Positions 36,007 to 44,822 of a DNA stretch of 44,822 bases are shown here, in pieces. The stretch covers positions 1 through 44,822 of the forward strand of contig JBFMGU010000065.1 of NCBI GenBank assembly GCA_040752415.1. Reading direction: 5' to 3'. The position numbers and the translations under genes are program-made. Each line of letters begins with the position of its first letter. Position 1 is the stretch's first letter. The notes below the pieces were generated by a model that made no database searches, was not told the DNA's origin, and saw only the letters and a program-made list of their open reading frames with translations. Origin of the DNA: Myxococcota bacterium (GTDB lineage: Bacteria; Myxococcota; JACRCW01).

Positions 36007-36460
36007 TCACTGGCCCAGCGTGAACTCGATGTTGCGGTTCTCCGAGCCGTGCGCGGTTGACGGCGCACGCATGGTGCCCTGGGGCTTTTCGCTGATGAAC
36101 ATGCCCTTGACCTGGTCGCTGCCCTGCAGCTCGCCGGCGGCAGCTTGTCCAACCCGTCCATGGCCACCCCGACGGGACCGCGATCTTCTGCGCCTCGGTC
36201 ATCGCCTCCGGCGTCACCTTGGACATGAGCATGGCGGCGCACTGGCTGATCTTCTCGCGCTCGGTGACCTTGCCGTGGCGGTTCACCAGCGTCTTGAGAT
36301 GCTGCACGTCCTGGAGGTCAATCACGCCGTCGGTCTCGTCCGGCATGCCCAGGAAGCCCTTCAGCTTGTTGACCGCGGCCGGCTCCATGTTGTCGCCGAA
36401 CTGACCCACCACCGCCTGCGGCGCCGCGCGCTCGCTCCGGGTGAGCTGTCCGTCGCTGCC
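36007..36460 (-). pseudogene. 5'-truncated, twice-frameshifted gene relic
   Basis: GC3-rich segments GSDGQLTRSER...AQKIA / GPVGVAMDGLDKLPP / GELQGSDQVKG...IEFTLGQ* lie in three successive frames. Confidence 0.6.
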
Positions 36461-36490
36461 AGTCCGGGAACACACGTGTAACATCGCGCC

Positions 36491-38560
36491 ATGGCCGCGC
36501 TGCTCACCGCGCTCCAACGTGGCGATGTCGACGAGGTGAAGCGTTGGCTCACCACCGTCGAGAGCCCGGATGTCACGGTGTCCGCTCCCGGCAAGCTGGA
36601 GCACGGTTGCACGCCCCTCACCGTGGCCGCGGAGTCCGGGCAACTGGAGCTGGTGAGGCTCTTGCTGGACGCGGGCGCCAATCCCAACGCGCGCTGTCCC
36701 CGAGGACGAACGCCGCTGATGCACGCCTGCATCTCGTTTGGTCCGCGCACCGCGCTTGCCCTGGCCGGTGGCCAGCAAACCCCGACGACGCGCGAAGGAC
36801 GCGACGTGATTGTCCGCGCGTTGGTGGCCGGCGGTGCCGAGGTCGACCTGCAGGATGCCCAGGGAGCCACCGCGTTGCACCAGGCCGCGTACTGGGGTCG
36901 GTTGGCGCAGCTGCGTGCGCTCCTGGACCTTGGTGCCACGTTGGATCCGCGTGACCAGCAGGGCGCGACACCCCTGGGCTACGCAGCGTCGGAGTACCGC
37001 ACCGGCGTGGTGAGGTTCCTGGTGAAACGCGGCGCCGACGTCACGGTGGGTGGACGCGACGGCAGACCGGTGGCCGCCTACCTGGCCCGCGAGGGTCACG
37101 TGGCGTTGCTGCGACAGGTGCTCCAGCGCGGCGTGCCGGCGGACCTGCGCGACGTCCACGGGCGGACCCTGCTCCATGAAGCCGTCACCGCGCCGGACAC
37201 CGACGTGGTCACGCTGCTGTTGGAACGGGGCGCCTCCGTCAACGCGCGTGATGCCGAAGGTCGGACGCCGTTGATGTGCGCGGCAACCTTCGGGCGCGTG
37301 GCGACGGTGGAGTTGCTGTTGCAGCGCGGCGCCGACCCCACCATCACGTCGCGGACCGGCACGACGGTGATGCACGACGCCGCGCGGCACCCGCTGGTGG
37401 TGGAAGGGTTGCTGTCCCGCGGAATCCGGGCCGACGTCGTCGACGGGAACGGGAGCACGCCGCTGCACCTTGCCGTGACCCACGAAGGAACGCTGCCGTG
37501 CGTGGAGCGGCTGGTGGCGCAGGGCGTGAAGGTGGATGCCGCCGACGCCCGCGGGATGACCGCGTTGCACCTCGCGGTGATGTACCAGCGGACGGAGACG
37601 GTGGCGCGGCTGATGGCGCTGGGCGCCAACGTGAATCATCGGGACCAGGAGGGAAACACTCCGCTGATGCGCGCCGTGCACTCCGCGCGCGTGACGCAGG
37701 CGCTGCTGGAGGGCGGTGCTGACGTCGACGCGCGGGATGGGAGTGGGCGCACGGCCTTCCTGCGCGCGTGCAGGGACGGGAGGGTGGACGTGGCACGCCT
37801 GTTGTTGGCTGCCGGTGCTGCTCCCGACGCCAGGGACCGCACAGGTTCCACCGCACTGCACGTGGCGGTGCAGGCCGTCCAGGTGGAGATGGTGCGCGCC
37901 TTGTTGGACCTGGGTCTGGATCCCAACGCCGACGCCCAGGGTGTGACGCCGCTGTACCTGGCGTGTTGCCATGGTCGTGAGCATGACCGCTACCGCGTGC
38001 TCAGTGGGGGCGACCCCCTGAAGCCCATGGTGGAGCTGCTGCTGGCGCGTGGTGCCGAGGTCCGCGCCTCCGCGCTCGCCGGTGGTGAAACGCTGCTGTG
38101 GGCCGCCATCGACGGGCGGAGCCCCGAGGTGGTGGAGCTGCTGCTGGAACGGCTCACGGTCGTGAACGTGCCCGACGCGTGGGGCCGCACGCCGCTCATG
38201 GCCGCCGCCCAGCAAGCGCGTTGGGTCAGCTTCCTGCTCGCGCGTGGCGCGGATGTCTCCCCCGTCGACAAACACGGCTGGACCGCGCTCCACTGGGCCT
38301 GCAACGGACCGGGAAACACCGCCTCCCTCCTGCTGGCCGCCGGCGCCAACGTGAACGCCACCACCCACGACGGCGTGACGCCGCTGATGCTGGCCACCGC
38401 ACGCAAGGACAAGGACACCGTGCGCCTCCTGCTGCGCTCGGGCGCCCACGTCGTGGCGCGCAACCAACGGGACGAAACCGCGGTGGACATCGCGCGGCGC
38501 GCCGGGGACCCGGAAGTGCTGGAGCTCCTCACCACCGCCACGACGTCCTCACCGACATAG
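36491..38560 (+). CDS. Ankyrin repeat protein
   Basis: Many G.TPL/TALH.A....VV.LLL..GAD repeats over the whole length. Confidence 0.95.
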   Translation: MAALLTALQRGDVDEVKRWLTTVESPDVTVSAPGKLEHGCTPLTVAAESGQLELVRLLLDAGANPNARCPRGRTPLMHACISFGPRTALALAGGQQTPTTREGRDVIVRALVAGGAEVDLQDAQGATALHQAAYWGRLAQLRALLDLGATLDPRDQQGATPLGYAASEYRTGVVRFLVKRGADVTVGGRDGRPVAAYLAREGHVALLRQVLQRGVPADLRDVHGRTLLHEAVTAPDTDVVTLLLERGASVNARDAEGRTPLMCAATFGRVATVELLLQRGADPTITSRTGTTVMHDAARHPLVVEGLLSRGIRADVVDGNGSTPLHLAVTHEGTLPCVERLVAQGVKVDAADARGMTALHLAVMYQRTETVARLMALGANVNHRDQEGNTPLMRAVHSARVTQALLEGGADVDARDGSGRTAFLRACRDGRVDVARLLLAAGAAPDARDRTGSTALHVAVQAVQVEMVRALLDLGLDPNADAQGVTPLYLACCHGREHDRYRVLSGGDPLKPMVELLLARGAEVRASALAGGETLLWAAIDGRSPEVVELLLERLTVVNVPDAWGRTPLMAAAQQARWVSFLLARGADVSPVDKHGWTALHWACNGPGNTASLLLAAGANVNATTHDGVTPLMLATARKDKDTVRLLLRSGAHVVARNQRDETAVDIARRAGDPEVLELLTTATTSSPT

Positions 38561-38634
38561 GCTGCCTGGCCTTGGGCCTCCCGTCGAGCCGATTCCTTGA
38601 CCCGCGCTCCCTCGCGCGCCCACCCTGCCCGTTG

Positions 38635-39894
38635 ATGTCCCCCGCCGCAGCCACGTCAGGACGTTTCACCACGCTCACCCAGGACATGCGCGTGCTCTTC
38701 GTGGTGGCGGTGGTGATCCGCGTGGCGGTCATCCTCGCGCTGCGCAACTTCGACCAGGTCACCGGCTTCGAGCACGAGGACATCGCGCTGCACCTGGTGG
38801 CTGGCCACGGCTACGCGTGGGAGCGCTTTGGTCCCCTCTCGCCCACGGCGTGCCAGTACCCGTTCTACACGTTCTATCTCGCGGCGTTCTTCTGGCTCTT
38901 CGGGAAGAACTTCCTGTACGTCGAGCTCAGCCACGCGCTCATCTCCGCGGGCTCGGTGCTGCTGCTGCGCACGTTGGCCAGGGAGTTCGTTCCTCCTCGC
39001 GCGGCGCTGCTGGCGGCGTGGCTGTGGGCGGTGCATCCCATCTCCGTCTACTGGAGCGCGCGACCACAGCCGCTCACCGTCGACATCTTCCTACTGATGC
39101 TGCTCATGCTGCTGATGGCGCGCGCCATGCGCGACCCCGCGCTGCGCCCGTGGGTCCTCAGCGGCATCCTGCTGGGCGCGTGCGCGCTCTCCAAGACGAC
39201 GTACGTGTTCCTGATGGCGCCGCTGGGACTGTGGTCGTGGCTCAACCGCACCGTCGACGCGCGCACCTGGCTCACCCGCTTCGCCCAGATGGTCGTCGTC
39301 TTCGCGCTGACCCTGGTGCCGTGGATCACCCGCAACGCCATCACGCTGGGCGGCTTTGTTCCGCTCACCACCTGCGGGACGCACGTGCTCTGGGTGGCCA
39401 CGCACCCCGAAGCGGAGGGCGGCGTGTTTGCCGCGGACGGTCGGCCCATCCCGGAGAAGCTGACGCCGGAGATGGAGCAGCGGCTGTGGAACGCCAGCGG
39501 CGACATCGAGCGCCAGCAGATCTTCCTCGACGAGGCCATGAAGAACATCCGGGCCAATCCCGGGCGCATCGTCGAGCTCATCCCCAAGCGACTCGTGGCG
39601 TTGTGGTGGTTCGAGCCGTACATGCCCAGCGAGTATCCGCTGGCGCGCAAGGTGGTCTGGGTCCTGGAGCTCATTCCCACCCTGCTGGGACTGTGGCTGC
39701 TCCGTCGTCAGTGGCGGCAGCTCAGCGCCTTCGTGGGCATCTACGTCACGCTCAGCGTGCTCTACGGCGCGTTCCACGGGTCGCCGCGCTTCCGTTATTT
39801 CGTGGAGTTCACCTTCGTGATCCTCGCGGCGCATGCACTGCTCACGCTGTGGGACCTGCTGCGCAACCGCGGCGGGAAAAGGCCGGCGCCGTGA
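38635..39894 (+). CDS. GT-C fold glycosyltransferase (GT39/PMT/ArnT-like)
   Basis: Multi-TM protein; ALHLVAGHGY, YPFY..LA, PWITRN, PRFRY motifs. Confidence 0.8.
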   Translation: MSPAAATSGRFTTLTQDMRVLFVVAVVIRVAVILALRNFDQVTGFEHEDIALHLVAGHGYAWERFGPLSPTACQYPFYTFYLAAFFWLFGKNFLYVELSHALISAGSVLLLRTLAREFVPPRAALLAAWLWAVHPISVYWSARPQPLTVDIFLLMLLMLLMARAMRDPALRPWVLSGILLGACALSKTTYVFLMAPLGLWSWLNRTVDARTWLTRFAQMVVVFALTLVPWITRNAITLGGFVPLTTCGTHVLWVATHPEAEGGVFAADGRPIPEKLTPEMEQRLWNASGDIERQQIFLDEAMKNIRANPGRIVELIPKRLVALWWFEPYMPSEYPLARKVVWVLELIPTLLGLWLLRRQWRQLSAFVGIYVTLSVLYGAFHGSPRFRYFVEFTFVILAAHALLTLWDLLRNRGGKRPAP

Positions 39895-39945
39895 CGTCGT
39901 GGACGTGCCAGTTGCCGCCCACGTCACCAACGCGCATACCCCCAC

Positions 39946-40866
39946 ATGGACCTGCAGCCGGGACCTGGCTCCTTCAAGGGTCTGGGTGGGCCCGTCGCGG
40001 ATCTGCCGCTCCTGCTCCGGGAGTCCGTGACAACGCTCAGCTCGGTCATTGGAGAGCGCAACCTCCGTGACGCCACCACGCGGGCCAACCTGCAGGCCGC
40101 GGCCCGTTTCATCGAGGAGGTCCTCACCGCGGCGGGTCACGGCGTCACGCACCAGCGCTTCCTGACCGAGGGCACGCTGACCGAGAACCTGCAGGTGGAG
40201 ATCCCCGGGATGGTGGCGCCGCACGAGTTGGTGGTGGTGGGCGCGCACTACGACACGGCGCACTTCTCCCCCGGTGCGGACGACAACGCCAGCGGTTGCG
40301 CCGCGCTGCTGATGCTGGCCCGCGCTCTCGTCGGGGCGGCGCTGATGCGCACGCTGCGCCTGGTATTCTTTGTCAACGAGGAGCCACCCCTCACGCGCAC
40401 CCCGCGCATGGGCAGTGCGGTCTATGCCGCCGCGTGTCGACGTCGTCGTGACCGCGTGCGGGCCATGATCAGCCTGGAGTCCCTGGGATTCCACCAGCAC
40501 TCACGACGCAGCCTGGACTACCCGCTGCCGCTGCGCCTGTTCAATCCGCTGCCCACTGACGACGTGGCCATTGTGGGCAACCCCGCCTCCGCTCCGCTGG
40601 TGTGGCGCATCCATCGCACGCTCTCGCAACGTTGCGGCGTTGCCAGCACGCGCATGGTGCTGCCGGGTTTCGTCCCGGGGGTGCGCTCCTCCGACCACTG
40701 GTCCTTCTGGCAGCAGGGCTATCCCGCCGTGATGATCACCGACACCGCGCTGCTGCGCTACCGCCACTACCACCGCGCCACCGACACCGAGGAGAAACTC
40801 GACTACCAGCAGCTTGCGCGCATCACCTCCGCGCTGGAGGCGGTGGTGCTGGACCTGACGCGGTGA
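39946..40866 (+). CDS. M28 family peptidase
   Basis: GAHYD, GADDNASG, NEEPP, SLE, SDHWSF, YH. Confidence 0.9.
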   Translation: MDLQPGPGSFKGLGGPVADLPLLLRESVTTLSSVIGERNLRDATTRANLQAAARFIEEVLTAAGHGVTHQRFLTEGTLTENLQVEIPGMVAPHELVVVGAHYDTAHFSPGADDNASGCAALLMLARALVGAALMRTLRLVFFVNEEPPLTRTPRMGSAVYAAACRRRRDRVRAMISLESLGFHQHSRRSLDYPLPLRLFNPLPTDDVAIVGNPASAPLVWRIHRTLSQRCGVASTRMVLPGFVPGVRSSDHWSFWQQGYPAVMITDTALLRYRHYHRATDTEEKLDYQQLARITSALEAVVLDLTR

Positions 40867-40869
40867 CGG

Positions 40870-42495
40870 TCACTCCGCGTCGATGCGGTAGATGTTTCCG
40901 CTCAGGGTGACCACGTAGACCTCTCCGTTGTTGTCCTGCCCGAAAGACGCAATGGACAGTCCGAACGAGGACAAGTCGGCGGAATGGTCGACCACGTCGG
41001 TGGCCTGGCCGTTGGCGTACGTGAAGCTCCAGATGAGACCCGAGCAGTAGTCACCGTAGAAGTACCGGCCGCGCAGACCCGGAATGCTGCCGCGGTACAC
41101 GTACCCGCCGGTGACGGAGCATCCCTGCGAGTGGCTGTACTCCACGACGGGCAGCGTGAGCCCGGTGCGGTCACAGCTCTCGGTGTTGTCCTGGTAGCAG
41201 TGCGTGCCCTCCATGGTCTTCCAGCCGTAGTTCCGGTTTCCCTGTCCGGCCGGCTCCACGTCGATCTCCTCCCACGCGCCCTGCCCCACGTCGCCGATGT
41301 AGAGGTCACCAGTGCAGGCGTCGAAGCTCATGCGCCAGGGATTGCGCACGCCATAGTCCCAGATCTCCGGCACCACGGCGGCGTTGGGATACGGGTTGCC
41401 CGCCGGCACCGTGGTCATGTTGCCCGCGGGGATGGCGTACGGCGTCGTCGAGACATCAATGCGGAAGATCTTGCCCCACACCTCGCCCAGGTTGAGCGCG
41501 TTGCCATACGGCCCGTGCTGGTCGCCGGCCCCGCCCTCGTCGCCCAGGCCAATGTACAGGTAACCGTCGACGGGGCTGAACTCCATGGTGCCGCCGTTGT
41601 GGTTGCTCTCGGCGTCGGCCAGCGTCATCAGCACCTGCACCGCCGCGGCGTCGGCCACGTCGTGATTGGCGTCGGAGCGGTGGTATTCCGCCACCACCTG
41701 GTCCCCCGGGCTGCCCTGCTCCCGCGTGTAGAAGACGAAGAAGCGACCGTTCTGCAGGTAGTTGGGATGGAACGCCAGGCCCAGCAGGCCGCGCTCGTCG
41801 CCACCGGAGGGCTGGTGCACCAGGTTGCTGATGTCCAGGAACGCCTGCGCCTGCAACGTGCCGTCCTTGATGAGCCGGATCTGGCCGGCCTGTTGCACCA
41901 CGTAGTGACGGGTGTTGTCGCCGGGAACGCTCTTGATGATCATGGGCCGGGTCAACCCCGACGCGAACGGGCTGAGCTGCAACGCCGGCACCGCGCCCGA
42001 CGCTGGCGAGCAGTTCAATCCTCCGCTGCTGCTGGTGCTGCTGGCGGTGGAGCTGCTGGATGTGCTGCCTGCCGCACTGGAGGACGTGGAGACGCTGCTG
42101 CTGGATGACGTGGAAGCGCTGCTGCTGGATGACGACGCGCTGCTGCTCGTGCCGCTCGACGACGAACTGGACGCCACCGAGGAACTGGACGTGCCCGCCG
42201 CGCTGCTGCTGCTCGAGGAGGACGCGCTGCTCGAGGAGATGGCACCGCTGGAGGCGCCGCTGCTTGACGACGACGCGCTGGAGCTGGCCGACGAAGCGCC
42301 ACTGCTGGACGACGAGCTGCTCCCACTGTTGCTGCTGCTCTCCCCACCCAGGCTGCTGCTGGACGAGCTGGGCGCGCCGCCGGATGACGACGTGCTGCTG
42401 GTGGTGCCACCCGGCGTCAACGGACACGCGGCCAGGGACAACGCCAGGGCAACCAGGGGCACAACGCTTCGCGACGAAGGACGGCGGTTCTTCAT
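40870..42495 (-). CDS. PQQ-dependent sugar dehydrogenase (GSDH) family lipoprotein with a long poly-Ser linker
   Basis: Lipobox LAAC; ERGLLGLAFHP, NHNGG, YGVRNPWRMSFD, DVGQ..WEE, SVTGGYVYRG. Confidence 0.92.
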   Translation of the reverse strand: MKNRRPSSRSVVPLVALALSLAACPLTPGGTTSSTSSSGGAPSSSSSSLGGESSSNSGSSSSSSSGASSASSSASSSSSGASSGAISSSSASSSSSSSAAGTSSSSVASSSSSSGTSSSASSSSSSASTSSSSSVSTSSSAAGSTSSSSTASSTSSSGGLNCSPASGAVPALQLSPFASGLTRPMIIKSVPGDNTRHYVVQQAGQIRLIKDGTLQAQAFLDISNLVHQPSGGDERGLLGLAFHPNYLQNGRFFVFYTREQGSPGDQVVAEYHRSDANHDVADAAAVQVLMTLADAESNHNGGTMEFSPVDGYLYIGLGDEGGAGDQHGPYGNALNLGEVWGKIFRIDVSTTPYAIPAGNMTTVPAGNPYPNAAVVPEIWDYGVRNPWRMSFDACTGDLYIGDVGQGAWEEIDVEPAGQGNRNYGWKTMEGTHCYQDNTESCDRTGLTLPVVEYSHSQGCSVTGGYVYRGSIPGLRGRYFYGDYCSGLIWSFTYANGQATDVVDHSADLSSFGLSIASFGQDNNGEVYVVTLSGNIYRIDAE

Positions 42496-42553
42496 GGTGT
42501 TCTCGTCATGGCAGGAGACGGAGCCAGCGTAATGCCGTCCTCGGTGGCTTGTC

Positions 42554-43519
42554 ATGGCGGGAATTGGACGCAACCGCGGCCGGGGCGATTATCCTGTCAC
42601 CGTGACCCTGGCTCCCAACGACTCGCGCATTCCCGAGGTCCGCGTCCAGACCAGCCGTGGTGTCGTCATCCGTCGTGGCCTGGAGGCGCACCCCTTCGCC
42701 GACGCGTATCACTACCTGCTGACGGCACCCTGGCCGCGGTTCATCTTCATCATGGCGGCGCTCTACGTCGTGGCGAACATGGTTTTTGCCACGCTGTACG
42801 TCGTGACCGGGAGCCACATCGAGAACGCGCGGCAGGGCAACCTCGTCGACGCGTTCTTCTTCAGTGTGCAGACCATGGCCACCATCGGGTACGGGTACAT
42901 GGCGCCGGTGGGGTTCGCGGCCAATGTCCTCGTCGCGGTGGAGGCGGTGGTGGGCATGGTTGGGCTGGCGCTCATGACGGGGCTGGCGTTTGCCAAGTTC
43001 TCCCGTTCCACGGCGCGCGTGCTGTTCAGCAAGGTGGCCGTCATCCATCCGCGCGACGGTGTCCCCTGCCTGATGCTGCGCATGGCCAATGAGCGCACCA
43101 GCCAGATCGTGGAAGCGCAGGCACGCGTGGTGCTGGCCCGCGACGAGGTCACGCAGGAAGGCGACCGCATGCGTCGCTTCCATGAGCTCAAGCTCTCCCG
43201 CAGCCACACGCACCTGTTCGCGCTGACGTGGACGGCCATCCATCCCATCACGCCGGACAGCCCCCTGTACGGGTTGACCCGGGAGTCCATGGCGGCCGTC
43301 AGCGGAGAGCTGGTGGCGTCGCTGGTGGGCACGGACGAGGGCTCCGGCCAGACCGTGCACGCGCTCTACTCCTACTTCCCCGACGACATCCGGTGGGACA
43401 CGCGCTTCGTCGACGTGCTTTCGACTCGCTCCGACGGTGCGCGCGTGGTGGACTACACCCGCTTCCACGAGACCGAACCGTTCCGCGCGGCGGAAGGCTG
43501 GAACTCCAACCGCGTTTGA
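42554..43519 (+). CDS. Inward-rectifier potassium channel (KirBac-like); start may be the GTG at 42602
   Basis: DAFFFSVQTMATIGYG selectivity filter; FAKFSR; LRMANER; HPITPDSPL. Confidence 0.93.
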   Translation: MAGIGRNRGRGDYPVTVTLAPNDSRIPEVRVQTSRGVVIRRGLEAHPFADAYHYLLTAPWPRFIFIMAALYVVANMVFATLYVVTGSHIENARQGNLVDAFFFSVQTMATIGYGYMAPVGFAANVLVAVEAVVGMVGLALMTGLAFAKFSRSTARVLFSKVAVIHPRDGVPCLMLRMANERTSQIVEAQARVVLARDEVTQEGDRMRRFHELKLSRSHTHLFALTWTAIHPITPDSPLYGLTRESMAAVSGELVASLVGTDEGSGQTVHALYSYFPDDIRWDTRFVDVLSTRSDGARVVDYTRFHETEPFRAAEGWNSNRV

Positions 43520-43521
43520 CT

Positions 43522-44565
43522 ATGCTCGCGAGCATGACGCGGGGCTTCCGGTCCATTCCGCTGGTGATTCGCGCAACCACGTTGATGGGATTGTGCGCCC
43601 TGCTCGCGCGTTGCCCGCTGGATGCCGGTTACCGTTGTGCGGAGGCCAGCGACTGCTCGGAAGGCTTCGTGTGCCATGAGCAGGAGTGTCGCGCGTTGTG
43701 CGGCACCGACGCGGAGTGTGAGGTGGGCGCGCGCTGCGTCGAGAACATCTGTCTGCCGCCTGGGGAGGACGGTGGCGTGGTGATCGTGGGGTCCACCTCC
43801 TCGTCGGGAGTGGTGGCTTCCTCTGCCTCCAGCAGCGTTTCCAGCGCGTCCTCCAGCTCCTCCACCGGGTCCTCCGCCGACGCGAGCAGCACCTCCAGCG
43901 GTGGGGCGTCGTCCACGTCGTCGGGTTCCTCCAGCGCGTCGAGCAGCGGGGCGTCGTTGTCCTCCTCGTCCAGCGCAAGCTCGGGGGGTTCGTCGTCCTC
44001 GGCGTCATCGAGCGCGGGCGCGTCGTCGTCCTCGGCCGCTTCTTCCAGCGCGAGCTCGTCGTCGTCCTCCTCGAGCTCATCGTCATCTTCCGCGTCCTCC
44101 TCCTCCGCTTCGTCGTCGTCTTCTTCCTCGTCCTCCTCTTCGTCGTCCTCGTCCACCTCGGCCGGTGGGGTGCGCCCGCTGGACCTCGACGAGGGCGACG
44201 GCGGCCCGTACACCTCCGAGAACCCGCCCGACGAGCCGCCGGAGCCCGAGAGCGACGCTGGCCCGGTGGATGCCTACGTCCCCGACGAGCCCCCCGAGCC
44301 CGACGACGCCGGCCCCTTCTCCTTCGACGCGGCGGTGATGGATGCGTACTACCCGTCGGGCCGTGACCCCGGCGTGGAGCCCATCCTGGATGGCGCGGTC
44401 CCGGAGCCCCCCGACGCGGGCTTCGACCCCACCGGCGGCAACGACGGCCGCCCGCCTGGCACCGTCCCCGGCGACGGGGGCAACCCGGACCCCTGGTCCC
44501 TGCCCGACGCGGGCCTGGACAACGGCGGTCCCCGCCAACTCGGCGACGGCGGCACCATCGCCTGA
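43522..44565 (+). CDS. Cys-rich putative lipoprotein with a poly-Ser linker and acidic Pro-rich (DAG) tail
   Basis: Hydrophobic segment ending in C-P-L; CAEASDC and CGTDAEC repeats; long Ser tract. Confidence 0.7.
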   Translation: MLASMTRGFRSIPLVIRATTLMGLCALLARCPLDAGYRCAEASDCSEGFVCHEQECRALCGTDAECEVGARCVENICLPPGEDGGVVIVGSTSSSGVVASSASSSVSSASSSSSTGSSADASSTSSGGASSTSSGSSSASSSGASLSSSSSASSGGSSSSASSSAGASSSSAASSSASSSSSSSSSSSSSASSSSASSSSSSSSSSSSSSSTSAGGVRPLDLDEGDGGPYTSENPPDEPPEPESDAGPVDAYVPDEPPEPDDAGPFSFDAAVMDAYYPSGRDPGVEPILDGAVPEPPDAGFDPTGGNDGRPPGTVPGDGGNPDPWSLPDAGLDNGGPRQLGDGGTIA

Positions 44566-44822
44566 CACGGACGTGGCCTCCTGGCGTCGTCACGGTAGCG
44601 GCCCCGGGGAGCACTCGCTCCGTCGGCATCCAGGGCGTGAACCGACGTCGCAGCGGTAGGGGCAGGCACCTCAGGTTGAGTGTGACGGCAGGTGGCGAGG
44701 TTGCCCCCCCACCCGGCCGCCTCACGTTTCACCGATTTCTCGTCGTGGCGGCCGACCTGCCCCACGGCGTGGGGAGGCGTAGATGTGCCGCGCCCGCTGT
44801 TTCGGTGAGCCAAGCGCGGCAC

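Noticed and set aside
35846..38467. 873-aa minus-strand ORF
   Set aside because: Mostly antisense to the ankyrin gene; only about 36180-36460 looks coding and is treated as a relic.
41912..42532. Leu/Asp/Glu-rich ORF (likewise 43629..44213)
   Set aside because: Reverse-complement artefact of poly-Ser codons.

Overview
High-GC bacterial DNA, most consistent with a myxobacterium (Myxococcota), judged from Cys-rich and poly-Ser lipoproteins, a Ser/Thr kinase-STAND-WD40 protein and a myxococcal disulfide repeat. About 30 CDSs are supported; no rRNA, tRNA, CRISPR array, integrase, transposase or reverse transcriptase was seen. Main observations: (1) one 1272-aa ORF fuses an intact type IA topoisomerase III to an intact RecQ helicase; (2) a Vibrio vxrABC (wigKR)-like two-component locus has TGACA boxes on an exact 11-bp phase upstream of both the kinase and the third gene; (3) a ~6.1-kb block of five secreted Cys-containing proteins is bracketed by a diverged direct duplication of the 3' end of an EF-hand gene; (4) three unrelated long intergenic fold-back (REPIN/MITE-like) elements, one with an 11-bp flanking direct repeat; (5) a peptidoglycan-binding protein with no signal peptide and an L,D-transpeptidase-like H..SxGC motif; (6) several candidate operators and a frameshifted gene relic. 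All family calls come from motif recognition by eye; no database search was run.
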